64,000 nucleotides of DNA from the IMG/VR virus record IMGVR_UViG_3300046782_000157; one strand, given 5' to 3'. Below, piece by piece: positions 1 through 10,451 of this stretch. The stretch is from an uncultured virus (IMG/VR IMGVR_UViG_3300046782_000157) (Duplodnaviria > Heunggongvirae > Uroviricota > Caudoviricetes). The notes below the pieces were generated by a model, which ran no database searches, was not told where the DNA came from, and saw only the letters and a list, made by a program, of their open reading frames with translations. The translations under genes and the position numbers were made by a program. The stretch's first letter is position 1, and each line of letters opens with the position of its first letter.

Positions 1-389
1 TGCAGCATGATGCGGCTCTCGCGCGTCAGCTGCACGAGGAGAACATCGCAGGGAAGAACGAAGCGATCATGAAGGAAGCGGTGGCCAAGGGCAAGTTTGC
101 CCCGGCCGTCGCCGCGTCTGTTCGCAAGCAGCTCGACAACCCTGGTACTCGCGATGCCACGATCAAGTGGATCGCTGAGTGTGCCGAGGGCGTCGTGCCG
201 ACCACCGCCATGGGCTCCAGCGCCGCTGGTGAAGAAGTCGAAGGCGGCGAGGTCAACGAGGGGCTGCCGTGGTTCGCTCGTGAGCACGCTCGCGCAGCGC
301 GGATGGCTCAGGCCGACGCAGAGGGTAGGGTCATGTCCGATGGCCGCTATGCCCGCGACGGTTCCATGGTCAAGGCGGGGGTCAACTGA
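1..389 (+). CDS. C-terminal part of prohead protease/scaffold protein (5' truncated)
   Basis: Frame is open from base 3; helical Ala/Glu/Lys-rich; directly upstream of decoration and capsid genes; probably continues the ORF starting at 63697. Confidence 0.7.
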   Translation, partial: QHDAALARQLHEENIAGKNEAIMKEAVAKGKFAPAVAASVRKQLDNPGTRDATIKWIAECAEGVVPTTAMGSSAAGEEVEGGEVNEGLPWFAREHARAARMAQADAEGRVMSDGRYARDGSMVKAGVN

Positions 390-856
390 TGGCCAACGAC
401 TGCATCAAGATCAAGGAAGAAGGTGACGCGATTACTTGTGAGGCCACTGCGGCCGTCACTGGTAAGCGTTTCGTCTACGTCTCCGGCGCGCGTACGTCTG
501 GAGGCATCGGGGCAACCGGCACCGTGCCGGCGGGACAGCAGGGCGCTGGGCTGGTCGCGGATGCGACCGTGGACAAGTCCGCCGTCTACAAGGCGCAGAA
601 CGTTGGAGCAGGTCAGGCTGCCAAGCGCGCTCTTGGCGTGGCGGCGTTTGACGCTCCGATCGGAGGACTGTTCACAGTTCTCCGTGAGGGAATCCTGCCC
701 ATCACATGCGGAGCGGCCATCACGGCAGGCAGCGAAGTCGAGATCGACGCTCAGGGTCGTGTCATCAATATCGCGTCCGGCATCGCCGTCGGAGTCGCAA
801 TGGACACGCAGGCAACCGTCGGAGCAGACGCCGAGATCCTGCTCTACAACAGCTAG
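389..856 (+). CDS. capsid decoration/cement protein (DUF2190-like)
   Basis: Small Gly/Ala-rich beta protein (ALGVAAFDA...GAAITAGSEVEIDAQG); TGATG overlap; precedes the major capsid gene. Confidence 0.7.
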   Translation: MANDCIKIKEEGDAITCEATAAVTGKRFVYVSGARTSGGIGATGTVPAGQQGAGLVADATVDKSAVYKAQNVGAGQAAKRALGVAAFDAPIGGLFTVLREGILPITCGAAITAGSEVEIDAQGRVINIASGIAVGVAMDTQATVGADAEILLYNS

Positions 857-873
857 GAGGGGGTGAAACAGAT

Positions 874-1830
874 ATGAAGCACCAGGTACTTCCGAACGGG
901 GCTGTGCTGCTCATCGAGGAGGAGATCGAGGCCAGCTACTTCCCCAATCCGACTGTCCACCCTCTCGGCCCGCCGACACTGACGGGAACAACATACACGG
1001 TGGACTGGGCGCTGAACAACCCTACGCGGGTGACACAGTCGCTCATGGATCTCACCTTGCAGCGATTCTTCGCTGATCGCGTATTCACCAACGCAGGTGG
1101 GGTCACCGGCGGCGCGGTCATCTATGACGTGCTGCTCGTCAACGAGCTGTATCTCACGCGTGACTTCGAGATGATCGCCCCGGGAGCAGAGTTCCCGATC
1201 GTGACGTCTCAGCGAGTCGCACCGGCCGTGGCGCAGGTCGAGAAGTGGGGCGCCAAGTTCTACCTGACGGTGGAAGCCAGGGATCGCAACCAGATCTCCG
1301 TCTTCACGAAGCAGATCCGCCAGATGGCCAACACGCTCGTCCGCAAGATCAATCAGAGGGCTGTGGACACGCTGAACGCTGCGATCACGGCCTACACTCG
1401 TACCACGACTGGGAACAGCTGGTCTACGGTGGTCACGACCGGCGCATCTGCGTCGAACGCTCCATTGTGGCCAGCTCGTGACTTCGCCCGCATCACGCAG
1501 ATGGCGGAGCAGGAGGAGTTGGGATACGACTTCGATCTGTGGCTCATGAACCCCACAGAGTATTTCAACCTCGCCACGATCTACGGCAACTTCCTCAACG
1601 ACCTGCTCGCTTCAACGGGTTACGACATCTTCGTAACCAACCGTGTCGCTGCCGGCACGGCGTTCGCAATCTCGCAAGGCAACGTCGGCGAGATGCGTGT
1701 AGAGCAGCCTCTGATGACCGAGTCCTGGTACGAGGAGGAGACGCAGCGGTACTGGACACAGTCGAGCGTCCGGCCTCTGTGGTTTGTCGATCAACCGCAC
1801 GCGATCATGAAGATCACGGGCCTCGCCTAG
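874..1830 (+). CDS. major capsid protein
   Basis: RBS GGAGGGGG then ATG 874; 318 aa; IAPGAEFPIV...EKWGAKF motif typical of HK97-fold capsids; synteny. Confidence 0.85.
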   Translation: MKHQVLPNGAVLLIEEEIEASYFPNPTVHPLGPPTLTGTTYTVDWALNNPTRVTQSLMDLTLQRFFADRVFTNAGGVTGGAVIYDVLLVNELYLTRDFEMIAPGAEFPIVTSQRVAPAVAQVEKWGAKFYLTVEARDRNQISVFTKQIRQMANTLVRKINQRAVDTLNAAITAYTRTTTGNSWSTVVTTGASASNAPLWPARDFARITQMAEQEELGYDFDLWLMNPTEYFNLATIYGNFLNDLLASTGYDIFVTNRVAAGTAFAISQGNVGEMRVEQPLMTESWYEEETQRYWTQSSVRPLWFVDQPHAIMKITGLA

Positions 1831-1844
1831 AAGGGGGTGACAAG

Positions 1845-2372
1845 ATGAGTGAAATGTCTGTGTACGGTAAGGATCTCCATCACGAGAGCCTTGCTGACTA
1901 CGAGTCGCCAGACGACTACGCCAACCAGCCGGACACGAGAACGATCAAGCATCTCATGTTCCCCTGGATGGTGGAGGCTCCAAACCCGACGCATGCAGAC
2001 GGGCCCAACATCCTCAAGGAGCGCGTGGCTCAGCAAGGTGAAGTGGTCACGATCGAGGAGCTGGGGACGCTCGCGCTGGAGAAGGGTGAGCGTTTGGGAT
2101 CGTTCTACACTGACGCAGAGCTAGCTGGCCCGCCGGTAGCAGCGCAGCTGACTGCTGGCGAGGAATCTAGCAACACGTCGGAATGGGGCGTGCCAGAGCT
2201 AGTCCAGTACATCGAGACCAACAAGCCCAACGTGGACGACACCGTTGCTCTCGCGCAGGGCGATCCTGAGGCAGCCAAGCGTGTCTTGGAGGCTGAGACC
2301 GAGGCAACTGATGGGGATCCACGTGCTGGCGTCACCAAGGGCCTGGCAGCGGTCATTGGAGACGGCTCGTAG
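1845..2372 (+). CDS. acidic head-associated hypothetical protein
   Basis: RBS AAGGGGG, ATG 1845; follows the capsid gene. Confidence 0.6.
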   Translation: MSEMSVYGKDLHHESLADYESPDDYANQPDTRTIKHLMFPWMVEAPNPTHADGPNILKERVAQQGEVVTIEELGTLALEKGERLGSFYTDAELAGPPVAAQLTAGEESSNTSEWGVPELVQYIETNKPNVDDTVALAQGDPEAAKRVLEAETEATDGDPRAGVTKGLAAVIGDGS

Positions 2373-2378
2373 TGGTGG

Positions 2379-2399
2379 TGGGCGGGTTTCGGCCCGCCC
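2379..2399 (+). terminator. GC-rich stem with UUCG loop after head genes
   Basis: GGGCGGGT-TTCG-GCCCGCCC just after stop 2372; no U tract. Confidence 0.55.
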
Positions 2400-2425
2400 T
2401 CATCCACTCCGACTAGGAGAAGCCG

Positions 2426-2875
2426 ATGGCAGCCTCAGCCAAGTGGTACACAAACGCAGTTCTAGGCGTGTTCAGCTCGACGGCAGCCCGTCGGTTTGAC
2501 TGGGTGAACGACACCATCAAGGTGACGCTTCACACTTCTGCGTACGCCTACAGTCAGACAGCAAACACGTACTACAGCGATGTGACCAGCGAGCTAGCCA
2601 CCGGCTCTGGATATACGGCTGGTGGCTACACAATGGTCAACAAGACTCTCACCTACGACGCGGCCAGCAAGGAAGTCAGACTGGACGCCGACGATCCGCA
2701 GTGGACAGCGGCAACGTTCACGTTCCGTACCTACGTGATCAGAAAAGACACGGGCACTCCGTCCACATCTCCGCTGCTCGGTTACGGAGATATGGGGGCT
2801 GACCAGTCCATTTCGGGCGGAACGTACACCCTGGTGGGAGATGCAACTGGGTGGCTGAAGGACGTGGTGTCATGA
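2426..2875 (+). CDS. virion structural protein, paralogue A
   Basis: AKWY..W.sDTIKV.LH...EL.T..GYTAGG..L..K motifs shared with 2892-3332. Confidence 0.7.
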   Translation: MAASAKWYTNAVLGVFSSTAARRFDWVNDTIKVTLHTSAYAYSQTANTYYSDVTSELATGSGYTAGGYTMVNKTLTYDAASKEVRLDADDPQWTAATFTFRTYVIRKDTGTPSTSPLLGYGDMGADQSISGGTYTLVGDATGWLKDVVS

Positions 2876-2891
2876 TCAGTGAGGAGGCAAC

Positions 2892-3332
2892 ATGGCTGTA
2901 ACGGCCAAGTGGTATGGCAAGAATGTTCTGGATCAGTGGGGTGCTGCTCCCGTCAACTGGACTTCGGACACGATCAAGGTGTCGCTACATTTGGTCGCCT
3001 ACGTGCCGAACCAGGACACGGACGAGTTCTTCTCTGCCGCTACAAACGAGTTGACGACTGCTGGTGGCTACACAGCTGGCGGAGTTACACTTGCCGGCAA
3101 GTCAGTCTCGTACGATGCTCCGACAAACGAGGCACGGCTGATCGCCGGCAACGCATCCTGGGCATCCGCGACTTTTACATGCCGCATCGGGGTCGTCTAC
3201 AAGTCCACGGGTGTGGCCGGCACTTCGCCGGTCATGGGGTACGTGGATATGGGTGCCGACCAGTCAGTCTCGTCGGGAACGTTCACCATCCAGTGGGACG
3301 CCACCGGCGTGCTCAAGGGAGTGGCAGCGTAA
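2892..3332 (+). CDS. virion structural protein, paralogue B
   Basis: RBS GAGGAGG; tandem paralogue of 2426-2875. Confidence 0.7.
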   Translation: MAVTAKWYGKNVLDQWGAAPVNWTSDTIKVSLHLVAYVPNQDTDEFFSAATNELTTAGGYTAGGVTLAGKSVSYDAPTNEARLIAGNASWASATFTCRIGVVYKSTGVAGTSPVMGYVDMGADQSVSSGTFTIQWDATGVLKGVAA

Positions 3333-3335
3333 CCA

Positions 3336-3737
3336 ATGGCTCGGGCCGGAGCACCCAGCCAGCGAGGACACGTGGAGCGGCAGGGGCGGGATCTTACTGT
3401 GCTCGCTCCTGCCGCGACCTGGCCTCAGCATGTGGACATTCTGACGGCAGCTGATTTAACGCCGAAGGACATCATCGCGATGCAGGCAGCTGAGCTTCGA
3501 CAGGTGAAGCAAGAGCTGGAAGTTCAGAAGATCGCTGCTCAGACTATCACACGCTTCTGTATCTGTTGCATGTACGTGATTCAGCTCCACACCGGTGAAG
3601 AAGTTGTCGCTATCGAGCGAGAAATGTACGAGAAGTTCAGCGGTTCAGAGATCCAGATTGCTGAGTATCAAGCTGGCCCCGGCCCGGTATTCGGCAGGTT
3701 CATCGAGAAGTCACCCGATGTCAGGATTGGAGGGTAA
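3336..3737 (+). CDS. hypothetical protein
   Basis: ORF packed into the structural operon. Confidence 0.55.
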   Translation: MARAGAPSQRGHVERQGRDLTVLAPAATWPQHVDILTAADLTPKDIIAMQAAELRQVKQELEVQKIAAQTITRFCICCMYVIQLHTGEEVVAIEREMYEKFSGSEIQIAEYQAGPGPVFGRFIEKSPDVRIGG

Positions 3738-3738
3738 A

Positions 3739-4074
3739 TTGTCTGAGTACGAAGTTATCATGGTACCACCTGAGGGACAGCCTCAGACGTTCACGGATAC
3801 CAACGACGCGGACGGGTCAGAGATCGAGCGCCCGATGATTCGTATCTATCATCTGAACGCCAGCAGCGAGAACGCGGCACGTGTTATGTGCGAGCGGTCG
3901 GCGTTCGATCTTGCAACGCAAGAAGTTGCTGAGAAGGGCGGCTTCACGGACGAGCAGCAAGACGAGCAGATGGACGCTGTTCTGTCCAGTCAGTGGGTTA
4001 TCCAGTCTGTCGAGCCGAAGGGCGGAGCGGCACCGGCAGCAGCAGCAGCTGAGGAGCCGGCAGCGGCCGAGTAA
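3739..4074 (+). CDS. hypothetical acidic protein (TTG start)
   Basis: RBS GGAGGG then TTG 3739. Confidence 0.55.
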   Translation: MSEYEVIMVPPEGQPQTFTDTNDADGSEIERPMIRIYHLNASSENAARVMCERSAFDLATQEVAEKGGFTDEQQDEQMDAVLSSQWVIQSVEPKGGAAPAAAAAEEPAAAE

Positions 4075-4111
4075 TGTTGCTCGCTCCCGCAACGGAGATG
4101 GGGCCGGTGGC

Positions 4112-6310
4112 ATGCCACCGAATCTGACCACCGGCCCTACCACTCCAGTCCTCGATAACTTCAATCGAGCGAATGGCGCTCTTGGCTCTGCATGGGCAGG
4201 CCCAGCCGGGCAGCTGTCCGACGATGTACCCACAATAAACAACAACCAGGTATACCAGCAGGCAGATGGCAAGGCTGGTTCGGCCTACCTACAGGGCACT
4301 GTTTACGACTTCAATGCTGGCCCGGTCGAGTGTTTCATCGACATCCCGGTGTCTGGCTATCTTATCACTCAGATCATCGGTTACACATACGCGGTCGGCT
4401 ATTACTATCGTCTTGTCAACGATTCGAGCAACGGGTGGCTGCGGTTGGTGATCTGCCATGCTGGCACTGACAATGTTGTCCAGACGCTCAGCGGCGTATC
4501 AGTCACAGGCGGCGGCAAAATCTGGATGTGGGTCGAGCCGACGCCCAGTGGCCCAGGGCTCGACATCTATTGCATGTACAAGCAGTCGGGTGGAGCGTGG
4601 AATATGTGCTTCGCTAAGTACACCGACACAAGCCTGGTTAGGACGAGCGGCTACATCGGCTTGCGCCTTCAGGGCACATCGACTGTTACATCGTCAGCTG
4701 ACAACTTTGGCGGTGGAGCCCTCTCGACATCGGCCACAGTCGTGTCTCCGGCAGCCAGCGTTTCAATGGGATCGGTCGCACCTGCATTTCGAGTAGACGA
4801 CTCAGTGATAGCACCGCCTGCGACCGTTAGTGCGCAATCTATCGCACCCATGGTCTCGATTCCGAAAACAGTCGTAGCTCCGTATGCGAGCTTCAGCGCG
4901 CAGTCGGTAGCTCCTGCCATCTCGGGAACTGCGGTAGTTATCAGTCCGCCCGCGCTCTTTACCAGTGTAGCTGTTGCTCCAATCTCGGTGTTGTCTCCGA
5001 TCGTACTCCCTGGTGCAGCAACTTGGACAGCTACAGCTGTCTCGCCGGGCCTCGGGCGACAGATCATTAGCACGTCTGGAGTATTCACAGCGAGCATGAG
5101 TGCGCCTGGTACGGGCAACCTTCTGGTGCCGCCTGCTGCGTTCTGGATGGCATCTGCTGTCGCACCCGCTCCCACCATTTATATCCTGGCTGCTGTCGGG
5201 ACATTCACGAGCAGCTCTGTCACGCCGGTAGTTGTGCAGGGCTTGTTCTCATTCCCGAACGCCTGCTTGTTGACAGTCGGCAGTGTCGCTCCGACCTTGA
5301 GCATCCTACAGACGGTGACAGTGCCTGCTTCGATCTGGACGGCGAGCCCGATTGCTCCTCTTCTGGTGAAGACGTTGTTCCCGAATGTGGTGCTGTCGAC
5401 GTTCTCGACTATCGCGCCTGCGCTTTCTATTGTTACGCCTATCACGGCAGCTCTGGTGACGTTCCGATCGGGAGCACCATCGTTCATCTCGGGCACGGGA
5501 CAGTCGCTCGCGATTCCGCCTGCTACGTTCTCAGCCGCTGCTGTCGCCCCATCGACGTCAGTACTGGTAGTTGTGCCCTATGGATCGTTCACGGCGTCGA
5601 TCGCTACGCCTGTGCTCGTCAATGTCTTGGCTGCCTCGTCTGCTATTATGACGCAGACAAGCGTGGCGCCTGTGCTGGCGAGAAGTCCGCTTGTGTTGAT
5701 GCCGGCGCCAGTTACGACAATGATTGCTGGAGCGCCGAGCATTCTAACTGGTGTGGGAACGACAGCTCCAATCTTTACAGCGAGTGCGTCGCCACCATCC
5801 TTGTCCATTTCGCTCGCGCCCACAGCTCCGACTTTCACAGCAGTTATTCCGGCTGTACAACTCGGACATACTATCGTTCCGTCGCCGATTCGGACGACGT
5901 TCACGAGTGCTGCTTCAATCCAGATGATTGTCCAGTTGCCGGTCGGAGTCTGGTCTGCGGCCATGACGACTCCCAGCGTCGCTCTCCAGGTGCCCGCTCC
6001 GGCCGGCAAGCTTACGATGTCGAGTATGACCATTAGTATGGATGTTGAGAAGACAGTGTCTATGGACGTAGCGCGCTGGACGGCGCAGCTGCCAGCCCCT
6101 GCTTTGAGCATTATTCTCAAAAGTCCCGTTCCGATCTGGGTCGGTTCGCCGCAGAATCCCCAGATCGGACGGGGCTCGATCGCAGTGCCGGCCTACGTCA
6201 ACTTCTCTGCGGTTGAGCCAGATGTGCAGCAAGAGAGCACAACGGCGGTCTACACGTATGTGCCGGGTGAAGTTGTCGAGTCGAATGCGTGGCCGATGTG
6301 GCAACACTAG
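4112..6310 (+). CDS. fibre protein: N-terminal beta-sandwich/lectin-like domain plus Pro/Ala/Thr/Val repeats
   Basis: DNFNRANG...ADNFGGG domain followed by many ~20-aa V.xPPATFTASxVAP repeats. Confidence 0.7.
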   Translation: MPPNLTTGPTTPVLDNFNRANGALGSAWAGPAGQLSDDVPTINNNQVYQQADGKAGSAYLQGTVYDFNAGPVECFIDIPVSGYLITQIIGYTYAVGYYYRLVNDSSNGWLRLVICHAGTDNVVQTLSGVSVTGGGKIWMWVEPTPSGPGLDIYCMYKQSGGAWNMCFAKYTDTSLVRTSGYIGLRLQGTSTVTSSADNFGGGALSTSATVVSPAASVSMGSVAPAFRVDDSVIAPPATVSAQSIAPMVSIPKTVVAPYASFSAQSVAPAISGTAVVISPPALFTSVAVAPISVLSPIVLPGAATWTATAVSPGLGRQIISTSGVFTASMSAPGTGNLLVPPAAFWMASAVAPAPTIYILAAVGTFTSSSVTPVVVQGLFSFPNACLLTVGSVAPTLSILQTVTVPASIWTASPIAPLLVKTLFPNVVLSTFSTIAPALSIVTPITAALVTFRSGAPSFISGTGQSLAIPPATFSAAAVAPSTSVLVVVPYGSFTASIATPVLVNVLAASSAIMTQTSVAPVLARSPLVLMPAPVTTMIAGAPSILTGVGTTAPIFTASASPPSLSISLAPTAPTFTAVIPAVQLGHTIVPSPIRTTFTSAASIQMIVQLPVGVWSAAMTTPSVALQVPAPAGKLTMSSMTISMDVEKTVSMDVARWTAQLPAPALSIILKSPVPIWVGSPQNPQIGRGSIAVPAYVNFSAVEPDVQQESTTAVYTYVPGEVVESNAWPMWQH

Positions 6311-8436
6311 TCTGGAACGAGGATTTCGAGACGAACGCGATTGCCACGATCTTTCCTGGCGGTAACTCGAATGCCTCGATTGACACCGTTGTCTTCAAAA
6401 CTGGAGCCAAATCGGCCAGGTTCAATGGTGATCCTGCTTACGGACTCCACACTTGGACTTCTGGCCCCATCACTGTGTTCAAAGCTTGGATCTGTCTTGC
6501 GGCTATTCCGAGCCAGGGCATCGAATTGATGACTTTGAACGGTGGCCCTCGTTTCGGTTACGACATAGCGTCAAACAAGTTCGGGTGGATCAATGGGACA
6601 GCACAAACGATGGATCGCCTATCTGCTGTTACGCCGGTAGCTGGACAATGGTATCTCTTTGAGTTCCGTATTAACCAGTCCGCGAATCCGTGGGTGCTCG
6701 ACTACCAGATCGACGGCGTTCCCCAGACACAGATCACCTATGCTGTTGCTGCCTCAACAGTCAACGGGATCTATCTCGGGCACACAACTGGGTTCTCGGT
6801 GTTCGTCACCCTTAACTGCGATCTGGTGCAAGTATCTCAAACGGCGGCGGATTACCCGCTCAGCGTTGTCTCGAACACAATAGTCGCGCCACCAGCGACA
6901 TTCACAGGCAGTTCTGTCGCTCCGGTGATAGCGAGAGATGCGACGGTTGTCGCTCCGCCGGCAGTCTTGACCGCTAGTTCGGTAGCACCAGGACTGGGCG
7001 GTGGAGTCATCACTCCACCCGGTACCTTCTCGGCGTCGTCCGTAGCTCCGACAGTATCCATCGCCATATCGAAGACGGTAGTTGCGCCACCTGCCACCTT
7101 CTCTGGCAGTTCGGTCGCACCCGTACTAACGAAGTCAATCCTGCTAACACCGCCAGCAGCGTTTTTCACAGCCGCACCTGTCGCACCAGTCCTGCTGATG
7201 ATCATGATTACGCCACCTGCCGTATTCACGGCATCTGCCGTAGCGCCCGTTCTGGGCAAGACTATGGTGCCTAATGCTGTGTTGACGACGTTCTCGGCGG
7301 TTGCGCCGCCCGTCACCTTCACCGCTTTGGTCGTAGCTCCGCCAGGCGTAACGACATTCTTGTCTGTCGCGGCTGGGCTCTCGCGCAGCAGTGTAGTCAT
7401 CCCCAATGCAGCGACGGCGACATTTAGCTCGGTAGCGCCTCCGATCCAAACGTCGGTCTCACTGGTGGCAGCAGTCGCGACTTGGACGGCGGCTTCGGTG
7501 GCGCCCGCCCTGATCAAGACACAGATTGCTCCACCAGCAACTTGGACAGCTACGGCTGTCGGCCCATCGGTTAGCTGGACAGCTCTGATCGTTAGTCCGC
7601 CTGGCGTCTTCACCGCCAATAGTGTAGGGCCAGCGATTCAGTCTGGCGCCGGTATCACTCTAGCTGTGACTGCTTGTCTCTTCACCGCCAAAGGAGTCGG
7701 GCCTGCTATCGCTACAGATTGGTTGATCGCAGTGCCGCCAGGGATCTGGACAGCAGCTGGAGTCGGGCCAATTGTTTTCATTCACTCGTTCTACCCTGCG
7801 CCTCCAGCAGTCTGGACGGCTGCTGCGGTTGCTCCTGGGATCTCGTATCCAGTTAGCGTTACTGTGCCGGCAGCCCCTGCAACCTTTACGGCGTCCGCTC
7901 CTACGGTATTCGCTGGGTCAGGCGTATTCTTAATTGTACCGCCTGTGACAGCGAGTTACGCATCTGTAGCTCCGATCCTGCTTAGATCGAGCAGCGTCAC
8001 CAGTCCGCCGGCATTGCTGACAATGTCTTCGACTGCTCCGGGTCTGGCAGTCGGATCGGACAGGCTGATCGTGACGTCAGCGGCGACAACTACTTTCTCA
8101 TCCGCATCTCCAGCTCTTACAACGGGAACAATTGTCGGGGCGCCAGCCGCTGCTTGGCAGGCGACCGCTGTCTCTCCCCTGGTCGCTATGCGGCTGGCTT
8201 CCCCGGCAGGTATAGTCTCGTTCACCGCGAGCGCGCCGATCCCCGGCTCGCTCGTTTCTGTCACCGCCCCCATAGGACGAGTCATATTCAGTTCAAAGTC
8301 TCCAGTGATCATAGGCGTCAGCGTCGGAACAGAGTTCCAGTACACACAAGGAACCATCTGGCAGCACTCGATGACAAGTGGTGATGCGATGCAATCTCAG
8401 ACCGGACGGATTGTTCAAACTCACGAGAGGTTCTGA
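6289..8436 (+). CDS. second repeat fibre protein with concanavalin/LamG-like N-terminus
   Basis: WNEDFE...AGQWYLFEF...IDGV domain then VAPPATFTxSSVAP repeats like those of 4112-6310. Confidence 0.7.
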   Translation: MADVATLVWNEDFETNAIATIFPGGNSNASIDTVVFKTGAKSARFNGDPAYGLHTWTSGPITVFKAWICLAAIPSQGIELMTLNGGPRFGYDIASNKFGWINGTAQTMDRLSAVTPVAGQWYLFEFRINQSANPWVLDYQIDGVPQTQITYAVAASTVNGIYLGHTTGFSVFVTLNCDLVQVSQTAADYPLSVVSNTIVAPPATFTGSSVAPVIARDATVVAPPAVLTASSVAPGLGGGVITPPGTFSASSVAPTVSIAISKTVVAPPATFSGSSVAPVLTKSILLTPPAAFFTAAPVAPVLLMIMITPPAVFTASAVAPVLGKTMVPNAVLTTFSAVAPPVTFTALVVAPPGVTTFLSVAAGLSRSSVVIPNAATATFSSVAPPIQTSVSLVAAVATWTAASVAPALIKTQIAPPATWTATAVGPSVSWTALIVSPPGVFTANSVGPAIQSGAGITLAVTACLFTAKGVGPAIATDWLIAVPPGIWTAAGVGPIVFIHSFYPAPPAVWTAAAVAPGISYPVSVTVPAAPATFTASAPTVFAGSGVFLIVPPVTASYASVAPILLRSSSVTSPPALLTMSSTAPGLAVGSDRLIVTSAATTTFSSASPALTTGTIVGAPAAAWQATAVSPLVAMRLASPAGIVSFTASAPIPGSLVSVTAPIGRVIFSSKSPVIIGVSVGTEFQYTQGTIWQHSMTSGDAMQSQTGRIVQTHERF

Positions 8437-9167
8437 TGCCTTACTCGATCACATTCGAGGACTACACCCCGCCGCCGAAGTTCGATGGGCTGTCATGGAC
8501 TCAGATCCACATTGAGGAGGCACCGGCGGCATCCGGGCCGTGGACTGAGATCGATGTGCAGCCCATCGTTCCACTTGATTCTGATCCGACAGAGCCAATG
8601 GCGCGTGCTTTCACGACGGACAACGCGACAATCATTAACGGGTGGTATCAGATCATCTTCCATGACGCTGCTGCATCGACGGCAGTTCCAACGACCCCGA
8701 TCCAGAATGCTCCCGTTGATACGATGCCGTATCTGCCTACGCTGGCGGATCTTGGCGCACTCATGCACGCCCGGACGCAGGACAACATGGGGAACGAAGC
8801 CGCCACCTTCAACAACTTCACGCGTCCGACCGGGGATGAAGCCAACCGTCTTATCCTTCAGGCAGCCGACGATGTGACGACTGCGATCGACACCGACATC
8901 CCTTCAGGCGCGTATCGCTACGCGAAGCAAGCGGTCATCTATCGTGCGGCGATGCTGATCGAGCTAGGTTACTGGCCCGAGCAGATCAACACTGGCCGAT
9001 CGCCTTACCCGCAGTATGCGGAGCTGTTCGACGCTTTCTTCCTCAATCTACAGTCGGCAGTCAACCGCGAGCGCGAGGAATCCATAGAGGGCGAGGATGT
9101 AGGTAGTCCAGGCATGGCTGTCTACTCCTTCCCGCTGGGGCCATGTGCAGGGAGCATCCGCTGGTGA
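8436..9167 (+). CDS. head-to-tail adaptor
   Basis: TRPT.DEA..LI..AA..V and AAMLIE motifs; position before neck genes. Confidence 0.6.
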   Translation: MPYSITFEDYTPPPKFDGLSWTQIHIEEAPAASGPWTEIDVQPIVPLDSDPTEPMARAFTTDNATIINGWYQIIFHDAAASTAVPTTPIQNAPVDTMPYLPTLADLGALMHARTQDNMGNEAATFNNFTRPTGDEANRLILQAADDVTTAIDTDIPSGAYRYAKQAVIYRAAMLIELGYWPEQINTGRSPYPQYAELFDAFFLNLQSAVNREREESIEGEDVGSPGMAVYSFPLGPCAGSIRW

Positions 9168-9820
9168 GCTACAACGACCTCACATACGCCAGGTTCGGCA
9201 CCAACAAAGCGGAGATCGAGAAGATTGCCAACAAGTACAGGCTGACTGCTAAGCAGGTCACGGACACAGCGCCTGTGATGAGAAGTATTGCGGACAACCT
9301 CCAGATCATCTTCAAGCGCAACTTCGAGTCGCAGGGGCGCCGCAAGGGTGGGTCGTGGCCAGCACTAAAACAAGAGACGATCAAGCACAAGCTTCGCCTA
9401 GTGGGGCAAGGAGGCGGGCATCGACTCCAGGGCGGTCGTGCCTTTGGTGGCGGATTCTTTATCCGTCCCAAGGGATCTTCTGGAATCACTGGCGTATTCA
9501 AGCCTACGGCTGGAGCCCTTCACGTCTATGAGCCTGTACGATTGACTGACAGGCTGTTCAACGCCGCAACGGGACAGACTTCTGAGACGGTGAAAGAGGT
9601 CACCAGATACAAGGCCATCGTGGGCGTCCAGGGCATTCCATATGCGAAGGTTCAACGTGATGGTGGAGGCAACAGCATCCCGGCTCGCAACTATATGATG
9701 GTTGACGAGGCCGACAGAATTGAGTTCCTCCATCTCCTGGAGGATCACATCTTTTTGTACTACGCTGCTGGCTCCGGGTTCGTGCGACGGGCAAAGGGTC
9801 TGGGCGGGTATGTCTTCTAG
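9164..9820 (+). CDS. phage virion morphogenesis (neck/tail completion) protein
   Basis: NFESQG...W.ALK..T...IPARNY motifs; GTGA overlap. Confidence 0.7.
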   Translation: MSYNDLTYARFGTNKAEIEKIANKYRLTAKQVTDTAPVMRSIADNLQIIFKRNFESQGRRKGGSWPALKQETIKHKLRLVGQGGGHRLQGGRAFGGGFFIRPKGSSGITGVFKPTAGALHVYEPVRLTDRLFNAATGQTSETVKEVTRYKAIVGVQGIPYAKVQRDGGGNSIPARNYMMVDEADRIEFLHLLEDHIFLYYAAGSGFVRRAKGLGGYVF

Positions 9821-10451
9821 TCCTGATATCTTTTCCGAGATCAAGGATGGTGCTCAACTTGAGGAAGCCATCATCGCGCATCTATCGGCCTGGATGCCTG
9901 TTTACTTGCGTGAGCTAGAGATTCAGCGCGGATGGCCGAATGGCAAGCATCTGCCCAACGCAAGATCGTTCACAGTTTTCAGCCGTCTCGATCACTTCGA
10001 TGAGCAGCAGCTACCAGCCGTTGTAGTATCTTCACCAGGGCTGGCTAGTGCGCCGAAGATGGAGGGTAGCGGCTCGTACACTGCAATCTGGAACGTCAAT
10101 ATTGCAGTCATCGTTTCGGCTAAGGATCAAGCATCAACGAATACGTTGGCCAAGATATACGCGGCTGCTGTTCGAAGCATCATGGTGCAGAAGCCGAGTA
10201 TCAGCGAGTTCGCCGTTCACAATGTCTGGACAAACGAGAGCTACGATGATCTCGGCAGCTCGGATGGAGAACGGACATTCGCTGTTGGGGTCGGGGAGTT
10301 CGCTGTAATGGTAGAAAATGTCGTCAACAAGATGGGAGGCCCACGCACCTATCCATTCATCGAACCGCCCGACCCGGAGACGCAGCCTGGCAGCCAGTGG
10401 CCTGATGCCCAGGAAGTCATTGTCGAAGTTGAGAAGGAAGGGATCGCATGA
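9810..10451 (+). CDS. putative tail terminator
   Basis: Position before sheath; LPAVVV motif. Confidence 0.55.
   Translation: MSSSPDIFSEIKDGAQLEEAIIAHLSAWMPVYLRELEIQRGWPNGKHLPNARSFTVFSRLDHFDEQQLPAVVVSSPGLASAPKMEGSGSYTAIWNVNIAVIVSAKDQASTNTLAKIYAAAVRSIMVQKPSISEFAVHNVWTNESYDDLGSSDGERTFAVGVGEFAVMVENVVNKMGGPRTYPFIEPPDPETQPGSQWPDAQEVIVEVEKEGIA

Noticed and set aside
4669..8357. Long - strand ORFs within fibre genes
   Set aside because: Antisense shadows of repetitive codons.
4112..8436. Diversity-generating retroelement or invertible fibre switch
   Set aside because: No reverse transcriptase, invertase or near-identical template/variable repeat pair was seen.
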